NCBI GenBank assembly: GCA_012026655.1
Contig: JAAILG010001202.1
Span: 1-64,000, forward strand
Reading direction: 5' to 3'
DNA from: Hydrolagus affinis
Taxonomy: Eukaryota
Length of the DNA: 64,000 nucleotides
The stretch's first letter is position 1. Each line of letters opens with the position of its first letter. Positions 13,925-25,700 of the stretch are shown here, one piece after another. The notes under the pieces were generated by a model that made no database searches, was not told where the DNA came from, and was given only the letters and a program-made list of their open reading frames with translations. Made by a program: the position numbers and the translations under genes.

Positions 13925-13996
13925 TTTCAGAAGCAAGGGAAGGATTTGGAAAAGACTAAACAGAGACTGATAGAGATTGGGAATTTTGTGGATAAG
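13925..13996 (+). CDS. ADAM12: ADAM12 exon ~8: FQKQGKDLEKTKQRLIEIGNFVDK
   Basis: tttaag| acceptor, |gtaagc donor; 72 nt. Confidence 0.96.
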
Positions 13997-14840
13997 GTAA
14001 GCATACAGCTAAATATTTTTATGCAGAAGTTTTTTTTCTCAGAATCAAGGTGAACATTGCAGGCAATAAATGAAGTCTTGCTGCGTGATACAAATGTACG
14101 GTGATTCCAAAACCAATGCCTTACTTATTTGTATCTCCCTACATTGGGTTTCACCATTGTAGGGCCAAGTCAATACATCTTTATCAGAACATATCTCCCT
14201 AGAGGTTATTGCACTGTTTCAAAGTCCTCTTGTCAGCAATCATGGCCAATCAAAGATTGCCAATAATGGTTGGTCTAGCCGCTGAAGAGACATGTCAACC
14301 AAAAGGCCATTTGTCAAAGCAGCTCTCTGGTTTCTTACACTTTCCAGTCTTTACCTCTTGCCTCTTGTTTCTGTTATTTATGTTCTCACTGTGATTGATG
14401 AGGCACGTGTCAGCAGAAACCCTGTTAGACTTCCGTCGGTGAGGTTTGAGACGTCTCTTCTCCCCACAGAGCATTTTGCCTCATTCCTTCAGACACCACT
14501 CTGAGCTGTTGAGGTTGGAGTGCTCGCAGGGAGGGTTGCAACACCAACATGACACAGAGCATGGGAATTCTAATAGATTGGTTTAGTTTTGTTTCACAAA
14601 ATACCACCCAGGAGCTCATAAGAGTTTTGAACTTTCTGATTCTTGTCTGGCTTTGAATTGATTTTATTTTTGACATTTGAACGTAAAAGCACAGTTTGTA
14701 TGTTATGACAAGTTACAAGGTTTTTATTTCTAATGGGAATTGGAGTTTTAATGGCTTCCAAGGTTATAAATGGAAGCGAACTATTCTTAGCTAAATTGCT
14801 GTCTTCGAAATCCTTTTGTTACAGTAATTATTTTTTGTAG

Positions 14841-15010
14841 TTCTACAGACCTTTGAACATACGTGTTGCTCTTGTTGGAGTGGAAGTTTGGAACGATATG
14901 GACAAATGTTCAATAACAGGGGATCCTTTCACTACACTGAATGAATTTCTTGACTGGAGGAAATTGAAGCTCCTCTCACGTAAACCACATGACAATGCTC
15001 AGCTAGTGAG
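14841..15010 (+). CDS. ADAM12: ADAM12 exon ~9: FYRPLNIRVALVGVEVW...HDNAQLV(S)
   Basis: ttgtag| acceptor, |gtaggt donor; 170 nt; HDNAQL motif. Confidence 0.97.
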
Positions 15011-16106
15011 GTAGGTAAGGATTATTTATTCTGCACTGCTTGCAGAATCAAAATGAAGTCTAAAGTTACAACAAGCATAATTAACTTCTCCTACGAAAGT
15101 TAGACTGCTATCTTGGCTACAGGGGTTGTTAGTGATTGGATCTCAGACAACCCTTTATCCTTTATCCTTTCAACGCACATGTCAAAATTCAAAGGAATTT
15201 TCTAAATTATTATTTTTATCATAAAAATAACTGAACGTTCATCTCAGCCTTCTGTCTCGGTCTTTTCAACCTTGAAACAGTCCTACTCTGCTTTCCCGCC
15301 TCCCCATTTCCACCCCAAACACTACACGGTATTCTATCGTGTACAACATCAGAGAATTAATAGTGATACTCAGTGACTTGGATCATGATAATGTTCTGTA
15401 ACAATGATAAAACCCAATTACACATTTGCATCATGGGGCAAGGTTGTCGCTGCAAGGATTAGAACCAGTGAAATTAAATTTGGAGGCAACTGAGGAGCAG
15501 GCAGAGCAGAAGGGAAAACTGAGACTGTGGGTGTATGCAATTCAGAGTCGTAGCTCAATCCATAAGGAGAGAGGGCAAAAAGCTTCAAAATACAGTCAGA
15601 AGGAAAATGGAGTCAGAGGAAAAGAACTATAAATCTCCTAAAATGACTGAGATTAAGCGTAACCCCACCCCAAATATTTTGATAATGTTGATAAGATCAC
15701 ATGAGAGGTTCTGATGAAGAAGGCTGATTGACCCATTTGATCTCATACTTCCAGAATACACACCTGATGGGGTAGGCAAGTGTCCCGTGTAAAATTTAAT
15801 TATCTGTAAATTTAGCAGGAAACGAGCCATTAAATTCTGCTTCCTCCTTTTAAAAATGAGAGTACACTATACTGATTAAATTCTTAGTGACCAAAAATGC
15901 CACTCTTGCCAAAGATTGAATCACTGTGCGAATGATGTGTTTGTATCAAGTGTATTTGCAGGGAATATACTTGTCTTAGTGTTTTCTGAGGAAAGGGTGT
16001 CAGATTACATGCAACCATCCCATATAAACGTAAACACTTTGATCTACCACTCTGTGCCTTGCAGTCTAATTGTTCATAATCATTGTTGCAGATTGCCTTC
16101 AGATAA

Positions 16107-16500
16107 AAATAATAGTGGAAGAACAATCCTTGCATTTGATATAGCACTTAATCACATCTTCGAGACATCTCAAAGCATTTCAGCGAATATACTGTACTGT
16201 AAAGTGATTTGACTACATATTTTGTGAAGGAAACGTGGCAGCCAATTGCGCACAGCTGTGCGCAATTGGCTGCCACGTTTCCTTCACAAAACAGTTGTAG
16301 ATTGCAGGGATCAATTTATTATTTTTTTTGAAGCAATTATTACCCCTGGAAAATAAATACCCCAATCGGGTTCCTACTTATTACTAGGTAAACAGAAGCG
16401 TGTGGAGTAAGGAGAATTGCCCAACATTTCACCCTGCAGGGTAATGAACCCAGCATCGCTTGTGAGGCAAGTGCTCCAATCTCTGAGCTACAAGACTCCA
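16107..16500 (-). mobile_element. Full-length SINE copy containing an internal perfect palindrome
   Basis: Head, body and tail homologous to the 9339 and 43480 copies. Confidence 0.9.
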
Positions 16501-18154
16501 CAATGACTTTTAACAGCTGATCAAAGGTTTTGACCATAGGGAAGGAAACCAGAAACCAATGTGCTGACTAAAATTAATCTACGATTTTTATTTCTACTAC
16601 GTATGAAATCATTATGTATGTAAGATTGTCGAATGTTACATTTACTATTAGGGAAAACACTGCAAGATTTCATTTGATTTATCTTCAGTGTTCTGGGAGT
16701 CTTACTTTTTATTGTGGGTGGGGTGGGAAGAAATTGAATGGAGGATATTCTGTTCTGTATGATCCTTGTTATAAATGTATTGCTTGGGGCTAAGCACTGT
16801 TGTATCTCACTTGCTAAGTTTCACAAATTTGGCCCTGGGTACTTATATAACTGCAATTGCAATTGAAGTGTATAGTTCCATGTTTATAAGCAATGTTATT
16901 CAAAAGTTAAAACTGCATTACTGTTATTGATAAGATACTTTTGCCAAATTGATGGAACATATTAGAACAGCATTTAATGCAAAGTAATGAATTTGCTAAA
17001 TGGAACAGAATAATCCTCAAAATATTTTAATTTACCAGAACGAACACTATTATCTGTGGTAACAATTAATTTGCTTCAGCCAAAGTGATAATGTTTTCGG
17101 TGCAAAAAGTGGCAGTCCATCGATAATATCAATTACCCTTTCCCTTCTATCAGCATGCAAAATAAAATAGTTTGGAGTCCTCATATAACATCAAACCTCT
17201 TCTGTTTTGCTATTTGCATAATGCACTGACATAAACACGAACAACAATTAGTTAAGATTTTTTTTTGTACCACTTAAAATTCAGTTGTTTTCTAATGGGT
17301 TCGAAAGGGCAACGCCTAATCAGATGAGGTAGGTATTTAAACAGATTGAACTGACCCACACTGATTGGCTAATTTTTTAGGTTTCATTTACGTAGTATCC
17401 CATGCAGAACTGCACTTTAGTTTATCAGAGCAGTAATTTCATATTTAAAGAGCAGAGGGAGGCAATTAAGTTTATCACAGAGTGAACTGTTTTATAATAG
17501 CTAGACTTGCAAAATGTTTTCAATTTGCATAGATCAACAGCATGAGCTATATAATCAGTGCACTGTGACTGCAAATAATAGTGACTTTATTTACTTTGAT
17601 TTACTGGTTGACTATCATGTTATTTGTCCTTTGGTATTCGACCACCAAAGACAACATTATTGCTCAGAAATTTCAGTCGCATTATATAACATCAGGAGGG
17701 TGAGTCATTTTCAAATCAATTTAAATGGTGACACAGTGAGTAGCAGCTTCACTGAGATGTGTATCAAAGATTCTAGATACAGATCTACAGGCAAAGCTTG
17801 CCATAAGACAAATGTATGATCCTTGCAATACAATTTGAAAGGTCTGAACAATTCCATACAGGGAGAGAGGAGACCTTGGGGGTTGAATCACCCATAATAC
17901 ATTCAATCATTTTCTTCCCGTTTCCTAGCCAACGATATGAAATTGGGCATAAACGTCATGGCTGTTTGTAGGCAATCACTTACAATATATAGAGTCATCA
18001 CACTTTACAGTAAACCCTGCGAAGCCCTCTGAGATGGTTTGATAAAGTGACAAGATGCTGCTTGAAATGCAAGGATTATTGCTTTAAAATAAAGGAGAAT
18101 TAAGCAGATTATTTCACTACGAAACATGACTCAGTCTGTTGTTATGTATTCCAG

Positions 18155-18239
18155 TGGAGTGTACTTCCAGGGAACGACCATTGGCATGGCACCTATAATG
18201 AGCATGTGCACAGCAGAGCAGTCAGGAGGGATTGTTATG
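18155..18239 (+). CDS. ADAM12: ADAM12 exon ~10: GVYFQGTTIGMAPIMSMCTAEQSGGIVM
   Basis: ttccag| acceptor, |gtgagt donor; 85 nt. Confidence 0.97.
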
Positions 18240-20036
18240 GTGAGTAGTGAACATAGAAAGAGTGAATGATCTGAACTGGATCTGCCCATCCCTTAAGTGT
18301 TCGAATGACTTGAAACTGACAGAAATGGAAACTGACTACACAGCTCAATAAATCCTCCCATCTCCGGATCCTGAGCCTGAAATTTTTCTGATAAAGAGTG
18401 AAAGATTCTAGTCTTTGCTGAATGTAAATGGCCAACATGGAATCTCCACTCAGCTCCAACAAAACAACCCAAAACACTATCCTTGTTGACAGTATCATTG
18501 ATAGAGAACACAAGGGATCCCTCCATTTCCGTTATTGGTCCCAAACATTCAACCCAAATTAACTTTCAGCATCTCAACGTTAACAAAAACCGGAAACTCT
18601 GACCCACTTTGTAAAATTGAATGTAGTAGTTTTATTACGTTACTTAATTTCTTCCTCAGACTAAATCTGCAATCCCCTCAAAATATAGTCACTGCATTTT
18701 ACAGTGTATCCTATGAAGCACTTTGAGCTGTCTTGAGATCAGGAAGTCATCTCAAATGCAAGGATCATTATTATTATTATTTTGTTATTTACTTTATTCT
18801 GGGGACATATTGCACGTCATCTCAAGGAGGCACTACTTCTTCATGAGAAGAATACTCTATTTGCTCTTCTTGACACTTGTGACTTGAGACTCCATGGAAA
18901 CATTCCTATTGCTGCCAAATGACTTAAACTCCTCATTTCCAAAGTACTGCCCTAAGATCTGCTTGACTGGTACTTTCTAATGCTCATAAATTCGACCATG
19001 TTGTCTTCTCTTGCTTAACCTGATTTTTTTGCAAACATTAGCATAATTCCACAAGACAGCTTGATATATTGGATTGTGGAAAATTGGATATTATTCTGCC
19101 AACAATTTTTTTTAAGGTATCAATATATTTCCTTTGTTTATTCAAGGAGTCAAATTAAAACATTTTAAAGGCTTAACTCAGGTTATCTTTTTCATGCACT
19201 CTCCCTTCAAACATTTCAGTACAAAAAACCTGTATTTTTTCTTGGCTTTAGCCACAGGTTCAGGTTTGACTGCAGAATCTTAAATTATACAGTAATAATA
19301 ACTACAATAATTGTTCCATTTGCATATCAATCAGCTAAATCTACAGAGGTATGTGTTGAATTAAAGCATAGAGTTGAGGTGAAATTTTTGCTCTGCATAA
19401 CCTAAACAATGTGCCATTTTACTTTATTCTGCTGAATAAGTTGCATAGTTGAGCATCAATTTACCAGCAAGGCTAAGTCGGAGTTGAAGATGTATTTTGC
19501 GTTGTCATCACTCATCTGACCTCAGTCATACCAGTAGATGAACACAGTAAAACTGTAGTGTGGTTGAAAGCTACCGCAAATGAAGGATTTACATGACGTC
19601 ATAAACTGAGAGTAAAGTTCAAGTGGTTTGTGAGCATCTAGTGAACAATGAAAACATATTGCAGCTTGTAATTCAACTGCTGTTTGCATATCATATTGTT
19701 CTACCTCCGAGAACACTGTGAATATGGAGGTTATACAGTACTAGGGTATTATCTGCAGTTGATAAGTTTAGAAATTCATAATGTATCAATTAGGGAAGTA
19801 CACACATGTTCAGCACCCCCAAACACTAACTGCTCCCCCACCAACAAGTAAATAGATACGTAAATAACCCTTGCGGTTTGATATAGCACCTTATCAAATC
19901 ATTGAGACGTCTCAAAGCACTTCACAGAATATATTTTAGAGTGGATTGACTGTGTATTTTGTGGGCAAAACGTATCCATATGCCTGACCATTTGATTGAC
20001 AGTTTACAGGAGAGTGGCTTTTTGCACAGAATAATA

Positions 20037-20240
20037 TCAGCGCAGGTCCCTATTCCAACTAACCTCTTGAGAACGGTGTGAAAAGAGAGACAAATGTGGC
20101 TTGGGTAAATTTGTAACTGATGCAATACGAACTTCTAAAATGTCATCAGCATATTGAACAACATTGCCTTCAAACATCCACGGTGACAGCAGTCTGAAGG
20201 TGACAGGAATCGACTCCCCCATGTGACAGACTAGATACAT
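20037..20240 (-). mobile_element. Possible reverse-transcriptase fossil
   Basis: LLSPWMF...VVQYADDIL (YADD at 20142-20153); motif spacing is shorter than in intact RTs. Confidence 0.4.
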
Positions 20241-22553
20241 CAGCAGTTATGAGGAAAGTGTTTAGTTTTATTATATTTCAGTCTTGCAATATCCAATAGA
20301 AATTGCAAGTGCAGCAAAAACTGTTTCTTCCCACACATGTACCTAGGGCATTGTTTGCAAGAGAACAACACTATTATTTCATTGGCCCTTAACCAAGAAT
20401 TTTTAACTACAACCCAGTGCCTTTCAGTAAATGACAAATACTCTTTTGCTCGAATCTCCCACATAATGCTTTGATTTGGGTGCTGCCAAAATTTTGTTTC
20501 CCTGACAACAATCATAGCACACCACAAAAAACCAATAGGACCCAAATATGCAGTGTCCTCTCTCTCAGGCAACTGAGCACGAGACATAAGCTGATTAGTT
20601 TTATTGCGGAGGAAGGAGTCAAGAGAAAATTGTCTGAGAACTGAGATAAACACCTTGGTTTGGCACCAGATATTGGAATTTTCTTTTTCATTTTATCATG
20701 TGAAACATTGCAACAAAGAAACAGTCCAAATTGGTTGTGAAGGTATAATTCCAAATGTAAACTTGAAATCTGCCATGTTGATATGGAACGAAAGTAGTCC
20801 ATGTTAGCATAAAATAATCTAAATGACTCACACAGGGGGTTGTCAGCAGAGGATTTCTCTGACCCTCATACATTTTGCTCCCCGTCTTCCATTGTTTCAT
20901 TCTATTTCTCTTGTTAGCTTCCTCCACATGGTTTTCTTAGAAATGTGCATTTATGCAGCGCAATAAGGAATGTTTCCAAACTAAACCCATCCAAATTGTG
21001 GTCAGGGTGTCTCCAGAGATTAAACAGTGTCTGCAATATCCTTCTAGATACTTGAAGTACAAACTGGTCTGGGCCAGGAAGGGTGCTCGAAGGAGAGTTT
21101 TGAGGTTTACTCCAGGCATCTTATTTTGAAGTTACAGTATTAACCTTTGTAAAGAAAAATGTGTGTTCCCCAGTTCATAATACTTAGTGATTTTTTTTTA
21201 AAATCAGTTGAAGAGGTTAATTTAATGAAATAATGAAACAACGTTTATAATCATTAAATTTTTTGCCAATGATTAAGGTGAAATGTGGCAAACTTCACTC
21301 TTTATTTCCATACTGGGGACAAACGGAGGCAAAAGAGAGACCCATGGTCACTGTTTGACCTGAATTCAAAGTGAGTTGTGCACCCATGTATCTCGACCTT
21401 TCTCGCTCCTAGTCCACACTTAATGAACTGGAAGCAATGTTAAAATTCCTCCCAGGAGCTCTTTCCAGTAAAAAAAAACTGTATTTATGTACTGTGATTT
21501 CCCCATTACATACATAAGTTACAGGTCCTCTTATCTGTTTAAACAATAGCTTTGGCAGGGGGCTTTTAAAGGCAGACTTTGTTTAACTGTATTACCTCAG
21601 TCTGAAAGATTGGAACCACATGTGACACATAACTAATAGCAAAAAGGTCACAGCAGGAACATGAACTAACATATACAACTCGAGTAAAATATATTTTTTT
21701 GAAATCTTCTGAATTATGAGGGTTAGTTTAAATTGTATTTTCCAAAATAAATTGACTGCCTTCTGCATGGCACCATAGCACAATAGTAAAATTCCCTGCT
21801 CAGCACAAGTCCAACATCCGCAGAAAACTGATAACAAAACGTAATCTTCTCCTGACCAGTTAACAATACAGATCAGATGAATAAAGCATTCTTCCCCATA
21901 TCCTTGTGTCATAATGTATGATTTAAACTGTGTGTTGATAGCCCTTTTGTTCCATTCCTACTGCACATAATGTATCATGTGCACCAGGAAAGTATTTTCC
22001 CATAGTTCAGAGTATTTTCAGTGTCTTGGTCCCAAACATTTGTAAACAGCTGAGAGAAATGATTCATTTCTAGATACAAGATTATTTTACTTGCAAGAAG
22101 GTATATAAACCTGGTGCATTGTGTACTATCAAACTACTGTAGTCATATAGCAGTAAAAGGAGATTCTACGAAATCGACAGCCTTACATCATTTGTTCATG
22201 GTACAATCGCAGGATCAGTTCATCCAGCAATGGTTCTGTTGAAAACCCTAAGACTGTGGCTACAAACCAGTAAATTGTTCAAAACATTCCTTTGAACCAA
22301 ACGTTTTGCCCCATGGAGATAGGAAATCGATATGAGTCAAAATTACTGTTTCACCTTCCATAAGGTAATCATCTCATTCCTCTCTCCCGTCCCTCGAACA
22401 GTCTAGCAGTTTGTACTGTTACCAACAGTAAGTCAACTCTCTTTTTATGACTTTGGTTTTTGGGATCAGGTCAGAGGATATGATGCATTTCTGACATCTA
22501 AAGTTCTTATTGATTGTGCCCTAACTTTATCCGATGGTCATTTCCTCCCCAAG

Positions 22554-22702
22554 GATCATTCAGACAATGCGCTGGGAGCCGCGGTAACGATGGCACATGA
22601 ACTGGGACACAATTTTGGGATGAACCACGATACCCCTGCCCGTGGCTGTGCCTGCACGGCATCATCTGACAAGGGAGGTTGCATCATGACACCATCCACA
22701 GG
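22554..22702 (+). CDS. ADAM12: ADAM12 exon ~11, catalytic site [12 protein letters not shown] (22596-22631) and Met-turn CIM
   Basis: cccaag| acceptor, |gtaagt donor; intact metzincin HExxHxxGxxHD motif. Confidence 0.98.
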
Positions 22703-25700
22703 GTAAGTAAACAGGATGAAGGAGAAACGGCAGCTTTTTAATGCATTAAATGTGTTTGTGCATTGCCTTTGTCGTCAATAAAAAGCGATCGACCCAATTT
22801 AAGCACAAAAGTACTTCTCGTGCCATTTTACTGAATTCAAAATGCATTTCGTTTTGGGGGTCATACTTTTTTGTAGGTTGTACTTTTAAGAAGAATTCCC
22901 TTTTGGAAACACATGCGTTTGCAGTGATAAAATTAACAGACATATCACTAGAAAGTGATTGTTTAACCTGGTTTCCTGTTATGTCTGAATTTTACTAAAC
23001 GCATATTCATAGAATGAAAATAGATGTAATACAATATACTTCAAGTGTACAATATTTAACATTGTAATGCATGTCCTTTCTGCCATGAAGACTTGAACAA
23101 TATTATAACTTGCCTGCTCACAATGGTGGAAAGTTTTGATGTCATGTTAAAAATTGTTCCAATGCAAACGAACACAAAAATATGTGGTGGACAAGCATTT
23201 CCTAGTACCTGTAGTGCCATCAGCAGCAGATAATGTAATTGTTCCATATATGTTTGTTATTCCTTGTGGTGATAATCTGTCCACTTTCCCCTTCGTGATT
23301 CACACTAACTCCAGGCTTGACCAAAAGAATATTATTCACTTTTAAACATTCATTCTTAGTTCCTTAAGTTTGGAGACATAACTCCTTCATGACTTTTATT
23401 TGTTTGCCCACAAATACACAGTCCCAACACTTGCCAGCTTCCCTTTGAAAGGCTTTTGGCCTTTCAAATGACATTATAGGCGAAGTATCAAATGTGAAAA
23501 TCATTACTTTTATTATTTATTTGCAAGCCCTTCAAAAGTTTCACTTGATTTCTCTCTTCCTTCCAATAATTTTCACCCTGCAATTTGAAAGGTTGAAGTG
23601 TTGAATAGTATGTTGAATTGTTTCTTGGAATATGTACCTAATACGCTGCCCCTGTTCACATGCACCATCAAACATTTCCGCTAATGTGAGGGAACATAAA
23701 TATTTCATGCTGTCGTCGGCAGAGGTAAGAGAGCAGAGTATCAGACCGATGATGTAGTAATATGACAGTGCATGTTATGGGGTCACTGTTCACTATCACA
23801 AGCAAACATTTTGTACCATTATCCTGGGATTTGTAAGCACTGAATGGAACATTCCCTAGGGTTAGCAAACACATGTTGAAACCCTACTGTGCACCAAAAA
23901 CTGTAAACATTTTGCATTCCCATCACTGACATCCTTCACCCTTGGCAAACTGAGAAAAATAAAAAAAAAGGAAAAGAAAATACAAATGGTAGTGAATGTC
24001 GAGGGGGGAAAGCACGGCTTGCTTCTCATTGAATTTAATATCACATTCCAGACATAAAAGGCACAAAACTCCACCTTACCACAGCCTGTAAGACCATTTT
24101 GTTTTGAAATCTAAGATCCTGAGGAATTGTGAAATTCACTCTGGAATTACAGTACTTTGGAAGACACTTCTTTTAAGTCCATTGGAAAAGCAGTTTCCAA
24201 ACTAAGGCTGAATGTAGGAGATTCCCACAGTTCCATGGGGAAAATAGCCCAAAATAGGTTTGCAGGCTAAGATCAAGTGGAATTTTGGAGCTAGGATATC
24301 AGTTTCTGCATGTTATGGCATACTGATTTCACATATAATAATAATCCTTGCATTTGATAGAGTTCCTGATCATGGCTTTGAGACAACAAAAACAAAAAAT
24401 TGCATCCCAAAGTGCTTCACGGAATATACTGTAAAGTGAATTGACTATATTTTGTGGGCAAACAGACTGCATATATCATCCTATACGAACAGGCATGTTT
24501 CTGAGAGCAAGGATTGTTGCCAACAATATCAATACAAACTTGCTATTAAACCTCAGATCACTAACCCAGACCAACATTCAAACATAACGTCTCAGCATGT
24601 TGATGTCACAAAGCCTTGAAAATACCAAATGGAAATAATTAGACACTGTTTTTTCTCCGACGACCAAAGCATCAACTTCCACTTTTTATTTCCACTGTTT
24701 TAACTAAAGAAAAGCTTAGTCAGTACAGTGAAATATTTCAGGAATAAAAATTGTCTCCTGTTTATACTTTCGGAGACTATCGTGCTGAGTTTGAAAGCGT
24801 GCTTATGAGGAAGGTAAGCATGAAGAAAACGACCAAACTTTAACTCTCCCCTGATATATTGCTTGTGACAAGGGTTGTATGGATTTGCCAACAGTCGAGA
24901 ACTTGATGTGAAATACAAGTAGAAATATCAGTTTTACCCAAGAGGTTTTTTGCTGTAATAATTGCCTGTGGGTCTTTATTACTTTTCAGTAGTTAACTGC
25001 CCCCAAGTACTAACATTTCAGCATGTCACAATATTTTAACCTCAGTTTATACTGTCTAAAGGATTAGTCTGTTGGAGATTCTGTGCCAAGATTTGCTTTT
25101 GGCGCACATCACCTAATAATATTAAGCATAATGTCTGAGTAAACAAATCTGTGGACGGGAGTCTGGAAAATGAGGTCTAGCATAAAGTAATATTTTACAT
25201 ACAGTACTAGTCTGGTGCAATTACGCTTCTTATAGTTACAGCAAAAGCGAATAATTCGCAGGATTAATCTACATGGACATTCCGACCCAGTTAACATTAG
25301 CTGAATTGAAACAAGAATCAAATTGAGTTTCTGTTTTCACTGCATTACTGTGACATTGGCTGTCACCACTGCTTTGCTACAATAACAACTGTTTTTCCAT
25401 TCTGCTGAGAAAGTATCCACCTCCACCTTGACCCGTCGTTGATGAACCAGATCGCGAACAGGATGAAGAAGAGCTGCTAAACTTCATGTCCTTGTCCTTG
25501 TCCTTGTCGAACTGTGGTGCAACTCATAGGAAGACTTTTCATCTGTAATGGGGGGAGCAGGAACTTTTCTCTATGTTACAAATCATAAACAAATGGTGTT
25601 TCAAACCACAGTATGAGCTCCATGCCAGGCAAGTGTCAGGGATAACTTCTTCAGGGCCCAAACAATAACAACAACAACAAAATTACATTTGTAGAGTGCC

